A stretch of DNA of 64,000 nt from contig OZ361256.1 of assembly GCA_977018835.1 (NCBI GenBank), positions 1,612,001-1,676,000 of the forward strand, read 5' to 3'. Below, one piece after another: positions 47,601-59,955 of the stretch; the first letter of the stretch is position 1, and each line of letters opens with the position of its first letter. This DNA comes from Minutocellus sp. GHC0000111 (lineage: Eukaryota). The notes under the pieces are model-generated. The model was not told where the DNA came from and ran no database searches. It was given only the letters and a program-made list of their open reading frames with translations. The translations under genes were made by a program, and so were the position numbers.

Positions 47601-50600
47601 AAAAATAGTTGAGATTAAAGAGTGAGTAAACATACAATGTACATGAAACAGATTTTCGGTGCTTCCGAACTCACTTTGGATGCACAGTACAGAAAAGTTC
47701 GCAAATATTGAATGGAAGGTTGCTGCCTTCAGGAACAGCATTCCCAAGATCCAGGCGCCTATCTCGGGCGATGCACACTTCGCCTAACCCAAAGTATGAA
47801 TCTTGAGGCGCAGCAGAAGATTTTGAAGAAGAACGGGCATCGCGTTCATTTTTTGCAACCTCCAAGCCGAAACCAAGCGTACAGGTAGTACCGTTGAAAT
47901 TGATCGAGTCGCATTGACTTCCAAGTATACTGCATAGAGTCTGGCATTGAGAATTCGATGCAACTATCTCTCGAATCTTGTCGAAGTGACCGGAAAATTG
48001 AAAGGCAGGAACGGCGCTGCTTTCGTCTTCAAAGGTGCTGATTCCATGGTTCTCATAGCTACCAAAGTTCAATATGTGAGTTCCTAACCAGGTTGAAACT
48101 CCAGTGTTGCTGCATGTCGTGGAGCTGAAAAGACCGCCAAGTGACTCCTGACCAAATAGGACACATTTGCGCTGACCCATTATATTGTCAAAAGTGAACG
48201 CTCTGCAAAGCTCCTTGATGTCGCATACGGTTCTACATTCAAACCAATCCTTCGTATAAATTTCGACAAGCGCGCCGAAGGGATCAGAGAGTTTGCATGA
48301 TAAATCGATAAGACCATCAGCCTCGCTGTACTCTCCAGTACGATCGGCAGCAAAGACGTTGAGGTCTCCGATGACATCTTGCGATGAAGATTTTTTTCAA
48401 GTTACGCCCAAATTTGGGAAAACGATCGCCAGCAAAGACGTAGAGGTCTCCATTGTCGTCTGGAGAAGTAGTTTCACAGGTCATCACCTGACGATGGCTG
48501 TAAAATTGGCAAAGACCAATAGATTCGTGATAGACGAAGGAGAGGCAATCAACCAAAGCGTTACAGGTGGCTTCGCACTGAGTGACGTAACGAACAGATA
48601 GATCAAAAAGAATTCCACTGTTTTGAGCAACCTGTAAGCAGGCCCCCGTGCTAATGTGAACAAAGTCGCCAATAACAGCTGCCTTTTCTTCTATCGCCTT
48701 GTATTCTATGCCAAAGACATCTGGTCCAAGACCGGGACAAATATCGAAATCTCCTCGAGAAAGTAAGACACAATCTTTGGCATTGTCTCGATTCGATTCA
48801 AAGGTGAAAGCCTCGCATTGCTGCAAGTAATGACAAAGGATCTGACATCGAACGAGGGAATCTGTTTTGACAGCTGTAATTTTGGATTCGATGTCTGCGA
48901 TACATGCCAAGTTCAGACTTTGTGCAACGAATGGGACTTGTTCAATGGCTTCATAGAAGGTAGCTCCAACAGAGCAATTGCGTGAAGAGCAAAGGGCATA
49001 GTTAGAGCTGGAACAAAGAGCGCACCTCTCTTCCAGTGAACTGGCCAATGAGTTAAAGTGGATTCCTGAACATTCGAGGTCGTTTTGTTTTTGTCGTCAA
49101 TCACATCTGTTGCTGCAATCTTCCAATGTTCTAGCATCGGACTCGACAATATACCCTGTGCCATTGCCCCCAAAGTCGTTTGAGCATGCGGGATGGTTTG
49201 TTTCATTGACGGCAAGGTATACACGTGCTGTATCTAGCAGTTCGATCGCATCGGTCCAATTTGACCCTTCAATCACTCCGAGTGACGGCAAAGTTTGCAA
49301 TTCGATAGAAAACGTGCTCAGTGTTCCTTTGGTGGTACTGACTGTAGCATTTTGATCCAACGAAGAACAGGAAGCAACGATGGATCCACCCCCCTCCTCG
49401 CTGATCTGTGCATCATCAATCAGACGAGTCGATGCTACCTCAATATATCCGTTGTTGCTTATTACGTCGCTAAACCCTGATAAGATATTGCGAAGAAGAG
49501 TCAAAGTACCCGAATCGATACGTGCTTTGACTGAAGATAGAATAAGACCATCGAGTCGGATCTCTGCAAAAGGATTGACGATGAATGTAACATTTGAAAG
49601 TGTATTCGATGAATCATCATCACTCAATGCCACCAGACCGATTCGACGGCGAGAAAGTACCGAAATAGACGAATTAGTAAGTAAGCTTGTCGCTGTGCTG
49701 TTGGTTGAGTTCATTGAATCCGAAGACACTACGATCTCCACAGATCTCCACCCGTCGAGGGACAATGTGTCATCGAGATATTCCTGCAAATCGAAGTATC
49801 CCAGACTTTCAACATCCACCAAGCGCGTCTGAGGGGTTGTGCATACCTCTTCCCCAGACGAAATGTTCCGTTGGTTGGCGACATCAATCTCAATCCGGGA
49901 GATTTGATCACAAGAAGGATCGTTTTGAAGAGAATCAGATGCTGGGTCAAAGTCGATCTCCAATGTAGATATAGAGCCCTTCGAAACGACGAGGCATTGG
50001 CTCGACGCAAATTGAGAGCAGACATTTCTGCAGTCGAAGGCATTGGTGCTGCTGAAGGACCACATCGTCTCATTGTAGTGTAGGATGTCTACTTCCAGCA
50101 ATGCAGCCGACCTCGTCTTCCTCCTGGTGTGGCTCGAAACGGAATGAATCTGGCAGTTGAGAGAAAGAGTCTCGAGTCAAAATTGCTCTCCACTTTGTTG
50201 AATCTGCTTCAGACTTGATAAAAGAAAGTGGAATGCTACCTCGACTTGAAAGAGCTGTGACCCGAAGGGGGAATGACGAATGTGTGGTGTTCAAAGCATA
50301 TCCTACAAAGGAAAGATTGATTCACTCACAGAGAAGGAAAACTCGATGGAGACGTAGAGGGCTCGAAACTCGGTGTATTTGATGGGCTAGAAGAGGGTGC
50401 ATCGGCAACATAAACACTTGCCGTGCAAGTAGCCTCGTTGCCATTACTGTCCGTAGCAGTCAATTTCACCGGATTCTCGCCCATCTCAGACAACGAGAAG
50501 CTTTCCACATCCAAGGACAACTCCACGATGCCACAAGCATCCGATGATCCATAATCGATTTGAGCAGCTGTGATACTTGCAAATCCGCTGGCATCAAGCG

Positions 50601-53600
50601 AAATCGTGATATTATCGCAGATTGCATTTGGCGCAATGTTATCTTCGACCATAATGGAAGTCGTGCAACTGGCCTCATTCGAGTGAGAGTCGGTGATGGT
50701 AAGGACGACGGGGTTTGTACCGACATCGGCACAGGTGAAGGAGGTTCTGTCTAGAGCCATGCTCTTGAGGCCACATGGGTCGCTGGAATTCTTGTCAACG
50801 GCCATCGGCGTTGTGGCGCCATTGCCATCAGAATCCAACTGGACGGTCACATTCTGACATACTGCACTGGGAGCAACAGTGTCCCTCACGAGAGGACAGG
50901 GATCCTCAACATCCTCCAGCCCGTCATTATCATCGTCGGAGTCGCAGGCATTGGGCTTGCCATCGCCGTCAGGATCATCCCCGGTGACGGTTACTGTCGC
51001 CGCGCAGGTCGCTTGGTTACCATTCACGTCGACCGCAGTCAATTCGACAGTGTTGGAACCAACATGAGAGCAGCCAAAGGATGTCAAGTTCAATGAGAGG
51101 ATGCGAATGCCACACGAGTCACTGGATCCGTTGTCAATCTACATGTGGTAGAAATGGGAAAAATCGCCGAGCGACAAGACATCATGAAGCAGGCACCGTG
51201 AATGTTGAGAAGAGGATCATAGCTCTGTGCCAAATCACATAGCAACAAAAGCAAAAGGATAGATAAGCAACCAAAAATCAAGAAGAAAAGCCTTCTGTAA
51301 GTCCGCGCCAAGGGCAACAGTGACATCCTTACAGCGAACTTCAGGAACGACGCTATCCAAAATATTTACTCCTGCATGGCAAGCGTCTGTGTTGCCGTTT
51401 ACGTCGGTGGCGGTCAGTTTCACGGCGTTCGAGCCGACGCTGTTGCAGCTGAAGGATGTTTGATTCAAGTCCAAACTTATAATTCCGCCTTTCGACCCAT
51501 TATCAATCTCGGAGGAATCAATAAGAACACTTCCATTGGAATCCAATTGTCGATCAATATTTCGACAGATAGCGGATACATAATCTGTAGGCTCCGACGA
51601 AGGCGAAGCGCTCGGTGTCGAGCTCGGCTCCAACGAAGGCGAAGCGCTGGGCATGGAACTCGGCTCGCTGGAAGGCATAAGTGACGGGGCCCGGCTTGGT
51701 ACTCCACTCGGCTGTTGCAATATTGTAGCGTAAGCAATGAGGGATTGTTGAGAACAAGAATGATAATATAAATATCGATGATGCAGAAAGATACAATAAC
51801 ACAAATACCTTACCTTTGCGCTTTGCTTTGCTGAGGGCAGCGCAGAGGGCATGCCCGAAGGTGTTGCAGACGGCTGTGGTAGCAATGCATGTAGAGGATC
51901 TTATGAGGGTGAGGAAAAGAAGAAAAAAATCAAATCCGCGACACAAAAATCGATAATACAGAAAGGATACACAAGCGCGATCGCCTTACATTTGCGCTTG
52001 GCAAGCTGCTCGGCACGCCCGAAGGTACACCACTCGGCCGCCCAGACGGCATGAAGCTCGGGCCTACTGAGGGCTCTAAAGAGGGATCCTTGCTTGGCAA
52101 GCTGCTCGGCACGCCCGAAGGTACACCACTCGGCCGCCCAGACGGCATGAAGCTCGGGCCTACTGAGGGCTCTAAAGAGGGATCCTTGCTCGGCAAGCTG
52201 CTCGGCACGCATGAATGCTCCGAAGGAATTGGCGAGGGAACGGCAGACGGGTAGTGAAGGCCAACACACGCACCAGACTGACAATTTCCATCACCATGAG
52301 TGAAAATATTGAAATCATCACCACAAGGCAAGATATCCATCGCCAATGCATCAAAGACACACCCCGACCCGGGGCTACAGAAGTCCAACGTGCACGGATT
52401 GCCATCATTACAATCCGAATCGCTCTGGCACTGCGTGGGAGTCAACGACGGGCCGAGAGGACTAGGCGCCGAAGATGGAGCTCCGCTCTCGGCTGACGGG
52501 CTTGCGCTGACCACCGACGATGGAGAATCACTCTCCGTGATGACGGGCGACGAGGATGGTACCGACGACGGCCCCATGGATCTGTCACTTGGAGATGAGG
52601 ATGGATGCGTTGATGGTATTGACGAACTTTTGTCGCTTGGTGAGGAAGACTCATCACTCAGATTTGTCGATGGGAGGCCACATTCTAAATCAGCATCAGT
52701 ACCACTTTTATTGGTGATTGTACATGTAGGTTCATTTGCCTCAAAAGAATCAAGAGCAATGGATGACAGAAGCTCAACTTCGTTTGTTTCCGCAGTCTCC
52801 CGGACCGCGGCGGCAAGATCACCCGAATCAACGGCCTGGCTCAAATCTTTGGTCCCTGTTTCGTACAACTGGTTGGAAATGGTCTCGACATTTGCAGATT
52901 CCTCACCATTATACTCGATAGTGGAAATGACCTCAAACTCAACGCTCACTCCGCCACTGGCCTGAAGCAGGCGAAGACGACCGCCAGAAGCAGTGTCACG
53001 TCGGTTGGTAATGCTGGGGCTATTGACAGCCACTCCACCAATTTTCGTAATTCGTACCCTTGAATTTTCGGGGAGAAAATTTGCGATGCTTGAAGCTAGA
53101 ACCTCAGCCAGCTTGGTCATTTCTGCACTAGACGAGGAAGGAATACTATCAGCGTCGATATTTTCAATCGCAATCGCGGCCCTGTAACCGATCTCAACAA
53201 CAACAAAAGATCTTTCAGAAGGAACCGGACTTGTCGGCGTTGAGTCAACGAAGACAGGCTGGCGACTGGGGGTCAATGATGGCCTTTTCGTTGGCAACGT
53301 GATAGCCGGCGGCTCCGAGGAGGAGGAGGAGGTGAATATTTTCTTCATGTTGTTGTAATATCTCTCTCGGCAGGAGGACTTGCATTTTTTCCGGCACTTT
53401 CGGAACTTTTGTTTCCTTCGACGACGTCGACTACTGCATTTCTTCTTGCACTTTCGTAGGCACTTTTTCTTCTTGCGCTTCAGGGTAGATAACAAAGATG
53501 ACGCGCTTCGATGCTGGAAAACATTGTCGAACGTATCTTCCTTTCTTTTTTCCTCAAAGATCGACGAAAGCCGCCTCTTTGTTGACGCAACACCAGCTTT

Positions 53601-54275
53601 GATGGCTGGATCATTTTCTATTATACCCTCTATCACCTCAGCAAGTTTCGGCAGAGCATCATGGCGTAAAATGGAATGAAGAATATCAAGTTCTTGTCCC
53701 CGCGTCAATGCTCCTTTGAAATCGTGCAGCATTTCGAGTACAAATTCCTCGGGCACTTCGGTAGATTGAGCTATAGCAACAACCACCGTAGGGTCCATGT
53801 TGAGGATCAGAGCCAAATCATTCATCGACTCTTCCACAAGGCGTTGACTCTGGACCAAATCCTGGACCTTTTCTTCATCATTCGACTTTAGGGGCCCAAC
53901 GAGAGCTTCAGCCTACATGTACGAGCAAATTTTCAAAATGGAGAATTGTGGAGTGGAGAGAAACAGTAAGTGAGATATGGCGTACCTAGGTAAACGCACA
54001 GGAAGTGGGAAGTACTCGTAAAGTATTGCAGGCGAATATTATCAATACAGGTGAAAATTTACCTTTGTCGATTTGCTGTCGAAATTACCGTCCGCCTCGC
54101 TCTCTGTATTTGTCACTCCATCATGGGTGTGCAACACCGAGGTGAACTTATATGTCGCTGTATCGGCGACATCCTCGTCTCCAACGCCGGGCAGTACTGA
54201 GTTAGTGCCAACGTCTCCAGCGACAGGGACAGCAGGGGCCATGGAAAATGCAAGAAAGATGGGGAGAGAAAACAC
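38669..54275 (-). CDS. Giant multi-exon extracellular protein (Pro/Ser repeats, HYR-like repeats, TSP3-like Ca-binding motif, many PAN/Apple modules, ricin-B-like repeats); start uncertain, several frameshifts and one in-frame TGA
   Basis: A chain of same-strand ORFs from 54275 to 38669 is linked by GT-AG introns (e.g. 39763-39860 joins KPE to LQLELTEVET in frame) or by single-base shifts. Repeated C..xC...C..F PAN patterns, QxW ricin motifs and PSxxPS repeats are visible. Confidence 0.72.
51997..52210. repeat. 96-bp coding tandem repeat (2.2 copies) encoding PSSLPSKDPSLEPSVGPSFMPSGRPSGVPSGV
   Basis: Identical units start at 51997 and 52093, with a partial third copy at 52189. Confidence 0.93.
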
Positions 54276-57200
54276 AAGATACCTCCTCGAATTGGAATGA
54301 GGCGTTCAATGCCGAGGGCGGAACATTTTTTCTAATATATCTGAATTGTAGTTGAGTTTGCCCCTCGACTTCGAAGCATTGCACACATGGCTGCATACGC
54401 GTACATGTAGTACATGTAGAGAAGAACGGCAGCTGCATTTCGTGACCACCAATAAAAGTTGAAGAGGGAAATATACGCAGAAGCAAACCAGTGCCGCGAA
54501 GATGACTCGGAAGACGGAAGCCAGAGTCCAAAAAGCGACAATATCAGAGACTCCATTCGAATTGACACCGCAAAGGACAAAGGTGGCAGTATTGGCATCG
54601 GCGGTTTTGAAAATGGACACTCCTGTCTTCCGAAACATTTGGGCCTACTTTTGTTCTCATGAAAACATGGATTGAAGTCAGACCCCCCAACACCGGCAAG
54701 TTCCGTATTTGTCGCATAAATATAACTTTATGGAGATGGGACACAGAAGATGGTTAGACCTCGCCAGCTGGCAAAAGAAACTATGGCCGACGAGGCCAGT
54801 CATATCGAATGCGTGTAGATTGCTTCCGAGCTCAACTCCTTCGAGGGACGAAAGGTCGGTGCTTGCAAGATAGCCGACCCAGGGAAGGCCGGAGAGGACA
54901 TCATTGTGGTATTCATGCACATGTGCAAATCCTCCGACATCGAATGAGGAAGCAGGTTTTGTGGCTACGGTCCGGTATGTTTACAAAAAAGAAACAAAAA
55001 TGTGAGTAATAGGAATACCGGCACATACCGGCATGATGGATGGACAAAAGATACGCGAATGCAAGTAACTTACGCGTACCGCTGCCACTACCGCCACCAA
55101 TGAAACGCGAAACACATGCCTTGGAGTCGAGAACAGGGCCATGCCGATAATTCCACGCACTGACGCTTCGGATAGAAGTTCCGCCGTCGCTGGAAAGCTG
55201 GTTTTGGACGGATATCGCAAGACGCTCGGAAGCTTCAGTCCAAATATCATTGAGCGTTGTCTGGAAAGAGGGTGTACAGTGATTCGATGGGCTGGGAGCT
55301 TCAACGGCGCCGGCTGCCGCCGCTTGGAGCCGAGAGCACTGTGCCGAAATGAGGAGGAGGCTCTGCGTGAAATGTGAAATACATGTAAAGGCGAAGCGAA
55401 CTTTATTAGTCAAAAGTCAATCGAATGAATCATCGAAATCCCGGCCAGGCGGCCAGATCAAAAGCAAACTCACACTTGCTGTGGTCTGCACATGTACCTA
55501 GGTACGACATTGTGCGCAAAGATGTCCATGCCTTATACCGGTATATTACATGTGTGTGCGTGTGTGATACATGTAGAGTGAGAGAGGGAAGAACAATAAT
55601 GGATGAGAGACTAGCCTTCTTTTTCATGCGTGTAATTATGCACGCATGTGTGCCCCCAGGGTCAAAAGATAAAATCAGTCATGGAGAGGGCTCTCCACCC
55701 TGTTGCATGAGTCGTCACTTGGTTGATTGTCCAGCCAATCAATCGCACCAAATAGCCACAAATTGACAAGAAAATCAATTCTTACACACACACATGTATT
55801 CCGTACATGTAGTTGTTATGTATTTGCACACACCACACACATGCTTACCGTGCATCTCAGTCTCAATGTAGCCTGTACAATGAACACTGCTTTTGGAGCG
55901 ACATCCAGCTGACGACTTCTTCCTCCGAGTCACGCCACTGCCTTCGTTATCGAGGAGAAAGCCAGGCATGCAGCAGTTACCAGCGGGATTGTTATTCCCC
56001 AGCAAAAAGCTGATATCGCACATGTAGTAGTAAGTAAATGAATCAAAAACATGGCGGCGTCCTGTGGCATCGATGCCCTCAGAGGGCATGAGGAGCTGGA
56101 CTAGGTCAGCGTTGACGTCGGCGTTGCCACCATGTCCCGGCTTCGTCGGCCAAACACTAGGAGCAGCGGCTTCAATCTTGCCACGTACATTGCATGTACG
56201 AGTAACAGTGGGACGGGGAAAAGGAAGACGAGGATGATGGAGGATCTGATGATCGGCGGCAGCACTACATGCGTCGTCGTCGACGCAAGCAGAGGCCAAT
56301 GCGGCGAAACGGGCGGGAGCGCCAGCGACGAAAAAGATCGAGGATGAAAACAGGGAGCAGACGATTGGATAGGCGAGGGGGTCAGGAAGAAACATCTTGT
56401 TTGTAGAGCCACGAGCATCCAACATTTCATTGAAAAGGGGGGTAGCACAGGTCAGCTTTTCGGAGCCGTGGGGAACAAACAACTCTGTTGGAGCCGCCGT
56501 CGCCAGGAGCTGTTGCTTGAGACCACCGGCACCGAGGCCGGTAGAAATGGCAGCCAGAGCGCCAGCCAACAAGACCGCCATGGAGGCAGGCGTACTGGGA
56601 GCAATAATTCGCATGTTGGAATGCATTTATGTGAAGTGGCGCCTCTTCTGCATTTGCGCGCACCATCTCGGCCTCATTCTACTCGGCACGCGTTTGCCAC
56701 GTTCCAACGTGGCAACCACGTTGCCAGCTCCCCCGAGAACACGTTGCATGGCGTACATAAGCCCATAAGCCCGCTCAGCATCTTTTTGACATCATCAGGC
56801 CAGGACGATTTCTGGGGGATTTCGGGATTTCTGATGCAAACAAATAAATACATCCTTTGTGCGGCGCGTGGTCACCATTCACATTTATTTTTCCACTCTC
56901 TGGCTTCAGGGCTACTTTCAGAAAGTGGGAACATAAATCCTTTGTGCGCTTGCTCGTAACCTTTTTCACTATCTGATTATTTAGTAGGGCTACTTTCGGA
57001 AAGTGGGAAGGGCACGAAACGCCTGCTTTTTACTTTTACATGTACAGTCCGTTCTCACCTACTATAAGCAATTGCTTAGGTGAGGGCTGAGATTCTGAGC
57101 ATACTCCTCATTCTAAGAGCTAATTGGTACCTCATTCGCATGTTATTCCTTATTCCAAAATACATGTAAACAATTTGAGACCTCGGGCCCGAGTCTCAAT

Positions 57201-57294
57201 TGCTTACATGTGACGATTGTGCATGTACTACATGTACTTCGCGTAGCTACATGTACACACATAAATTTAGTCTTTCTTCTTAATATATATATTA

Positions 57295-58044
57295 TGTTTG
57301 TCCCAAAATGCGCACTGTCCCAGTTTGCGAACTGGGATCCCAGTTTGCGAACTAGGATTTATTTATCCCAGTTTGGAAACTGGGATCATAGGCACAATCT
57401 CAGTTTGCAAACTGGGATCAATCGAGAAATAATGAATATTTAGCATGGATGATATCGCCTTTGCCTCTCCTCGCTTCATTTTTTCATAGTGAAGCAACAC
57501 AGCCCAAACCTGGTCCAGACGTCCAGACGACATTAGTGCCGGAGCTGATACTCAATAAATTGGCATTAGCTGATACTAAATTCATATAGTGAAAAAATAA
57601 TAATATCTAGCTAGCTGCTTCTGGCAAATATAAGTCATGAACTGTACATGCATCTGTGCTATGCCGGCATCATGTTGCTACTGTACCAGTACATGTAGCT
57701 TGCAAATTCAAGATATGATGCACAGTGCAACTTGTATTGTAGATAGATCTACCAGTACATAATCATTGTGCATGAGCCAACACCGGCAGTTACCATTCTG
57801 ACACTTGCCGAGAATGCCAGTTTCCAAACTGGTATTCATTTTTGTTCCAGTTCGCGAACTCGTCTGGTTCCCAAATTCGGATTGGCGTGTTTATCTCAGT
57901 TTCCATTCTGGTAGTATCAGTGCGCAAACTGAGATCCTAGTTTGGGAACTGGGGCCCAGTGCGCAAACTGGGATAAATGAATCTCAGTTCGCAAACTGGG
58001 ATCCCAGTTCGCGAACTGGGACAGTGCGCATTTTGGGACTAACA
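57295..58044. mobile_element. ~750-bp MITE with ~100-bp terminal inverted repeats built from CCCAGTTYGCGAACTGGG palindromes, inserted in a TA-rich site
   Basis: The left end TGTTTGTCCCAAAATGCGCACTGTCCCAGTTTGCGAACTGGGATCCC matches the reverse complement of the right end ...CTGGGACAGTGCGCATTTTGGGACTAACA. TA flanks both ends and there is no ORF. Confidence 0.88.
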
Positions 58045-58116
58045 TATATATTAAAAAGCACATGTACATACGTAGATGCTAGCTACATGTATTCTACCGG
58101 TACGCAGCTACAAGTA

Positions 58117-58583
58117 CAGTCCGGGACTGTAGTAATGCTCTCTGGTACACTGTAGGTCCTACGTAGGCCCCAACCACCTTGAAAGCGTCCACATGGTTCA
58201 TCGGCCGGATGTCCAATCGGGTTAGAATCGTTGTAGATCTTCAAGAGCTCCTCCAAGTGCTGAGTCTACATGTATCTCTTCCGTTCCGTCGCTCAACCAA
58301 GTCCCTTCTTTGTGCCAATAACTTCAAGAGCAAGTTGAGCACCATGTTGGACGATACTGCCTTGATCTCTACTACGTAGTACCGTTGATAGAGGGGCGGA
58401 AGATGGAACCTGGAGAAACTCCAAGGTAACGACTCGGAGGTTGATCATTCGTTTCTCTCTCCTCTCGTCTCTGATGGCTTACTCTCCTTGATACCGTAGA
58501 TAGTAGAAAGCTCGTGGAGTAGGGATCCCTAGCGAGGAAGTTCATGCGCCCATTACAGTTCCGTTCCAGTTACAGCCGGACTG
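58117..58583. mobile_element. Candidate Tc1/mariner-type relic with CAGTCCGG termini and TA flanks
   Basis: TA-CAGTCCGG at 58115-58124 and CCGGACTG-TA at 58576-58585. The interior is decayed and the terminal repeat is short, so the call is tentative. Confidence 0.4.
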
Positions 58584-58713
58584 TAGTCTACATGTAGTAC
58601 AACTTCTACTAATGGCATTCTTTGCTGATTTGTAATACATCTGTTACATGTTGTACACGGGTTACTACAGACAAACGCCCGTGCAATGGCAGGTAATATA
58701 TCTACACTTATCT

Positions 58714-59808
58714 CTACGATTCATACCGCTCAAAGCGTTCATATCCTCGCTGCTTTGGAGTCGCATTATCACGTTTACGCCACTGACCTTTGGCGGCATT
58801 ATTTCCCCTTCGCTTGGAACTGTTGCCTTTCTTCTTTTTCTTGCCGCTGCCCTGTACCCGCTTGGTCTCACCACTGTTCCGCGCGACATCCTCAACCGCC
58901 GAAGCTAGAAGCAATAGGACACGCTTGTCCGAGGCCCCGGCCACTCCCAACAAATCATCAATCGGCACATCTCGCTCCACTTGAGACGTGACAATGTCCT
59001 CAACGTCACCACCGATTATGTACAAGAGCTTCCCCTCCTCTTTCTTGAGTAGGTCCGATATCCAGAAGCAGAAGCGAGGCATTCCAGTGACGCTTCGACC
59101 GAGGATTGCATCATATCCATGTCGGTGTGTTTTACCTTCGACGGGATTGTCAGCAAGCTCTTCCACCCGTCCGTGATGTGTTCTCACATTTTCAAGACCA
59201 AGCTCATCCGCCATGTCCTTAACAGCCGTCAATTTCTTCCCCACACTATCGACCAAGAGAAAGTCAACACGGGGATAGGCAATCGCCAGGGGCAGACCAG
59301 GAAACCCACCGCCAGTTCCAATATCGGCCGCCCGCCTTTTCTCTGTTTCAGAAGCTTCGTTCGATTCATCTTCTGCCACAACCGGGCCAAGAGGACTGCC
59401 CGGCATGGTACAAAGGGCCACTGATGGCAGCACGTGCCTGCCAAACACAATGGGCTGGGTGCATTCCTTCCGACTTACGAGATTGATCCGGCTGTTCCAA
59501 TCTACGACGAGCGATGCCAGGTCGGACAATTGGTTGTGCTGGTCATCGCTTAGACCCATTGCCGACGTTAGTTTCTTGGCCTCAACCGAGTTGGGATCCA
59601 AAGAGAACGATCCCGAGGCATTGGGATCGGTGATAATGCTGTTGGTGCTGGCAGAGTGTATTTGTGATGTCGATGATACAGAAAAGCTTCGGCGGGAGGC
59701 AATCAGCAGTGTGGGCAGGGGTGAAGCCTGATGCGATACGAATGCCCTTGCCGTTGCAAGGAAGGCAGCAAACGACATGGTGTAGGCGGCAGCTGCAGTG
59801 CGACGCAT
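58714..59808 (-). CDS. rsmG: 16S rRNA m7G527 methyltransferase RsmG/GidB, plastid-targeted
   Basis: WNSRINLVSRK, HVLPS, DIGTGGGFPGLPLAI, LVDSVGKK and GRVEE motifs. The presequence has an ARA-F motif. Confidence 0.92.
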   Translation of the reverse strand: MRRTAAAAYTMSFAAFLATARAFVSHQASPLPTLLIASRRSFSVSSTSQIHSASTNSIITDPNASGSFSLDPNSVEAKKLTSAMGLSDDQHNQLSDLASLVVDWNSRINLVSRKECTQPIVFGRHVLPSVALCTMPGSPLGPVVAEDESNEASETEKRRAADIGTGGGFPGLPLAIAYPRVDFLLVDSVGKKLTAVKDMADELGLENVRTHHGRVEELADNPVEGKTHRHGYDAILGRSVTGMPRFCFWISDLLKKEEGKLLYIIGGDVEDIVTSQVERDVPIDDLLGVAGASDKRVLLLLASAVEDVARNSGETKRVQGSGKKKKKGNSSKRRGNNAAKGQWRKRDNATPKQRGYERFERYES

Positions 59809-59955
59809 GGTTTAGTTGCTTTGCTGTAAGCTTTGCTGGTAGCCGAATGGACGAATGGACGGCCTGGGACGGACGGCGCCGCACTCCGCTGGGCTGGGTG
59901 TGGGCTGATAACCTCTTGCAAATCGCTTCATTTCTGACTCTTTGCATCGATCGCC

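Noticed and set aside
54640..55400. Possible transposase or gene remnant
   Set aside because: There are coding-like patches with stops, but no motif I can assign.
55775..56626. 283-aa minus-strand ORF with a hydrophobic start
   Set aside because: No recognisable domain, it runs through TACATGTA-type intergenic motifs, and it lies in a degenerate repeat-rich region. It may be a relic but cannot be supported.
57319..58020. Spaced palindromic repeats resembling a CRISPR array or REP elements
   Set aside because: The context is eukaryotic, the spacing is irregular and short, no cas genes are present, and the repeats are explained as MITE sub-terminal repeats.
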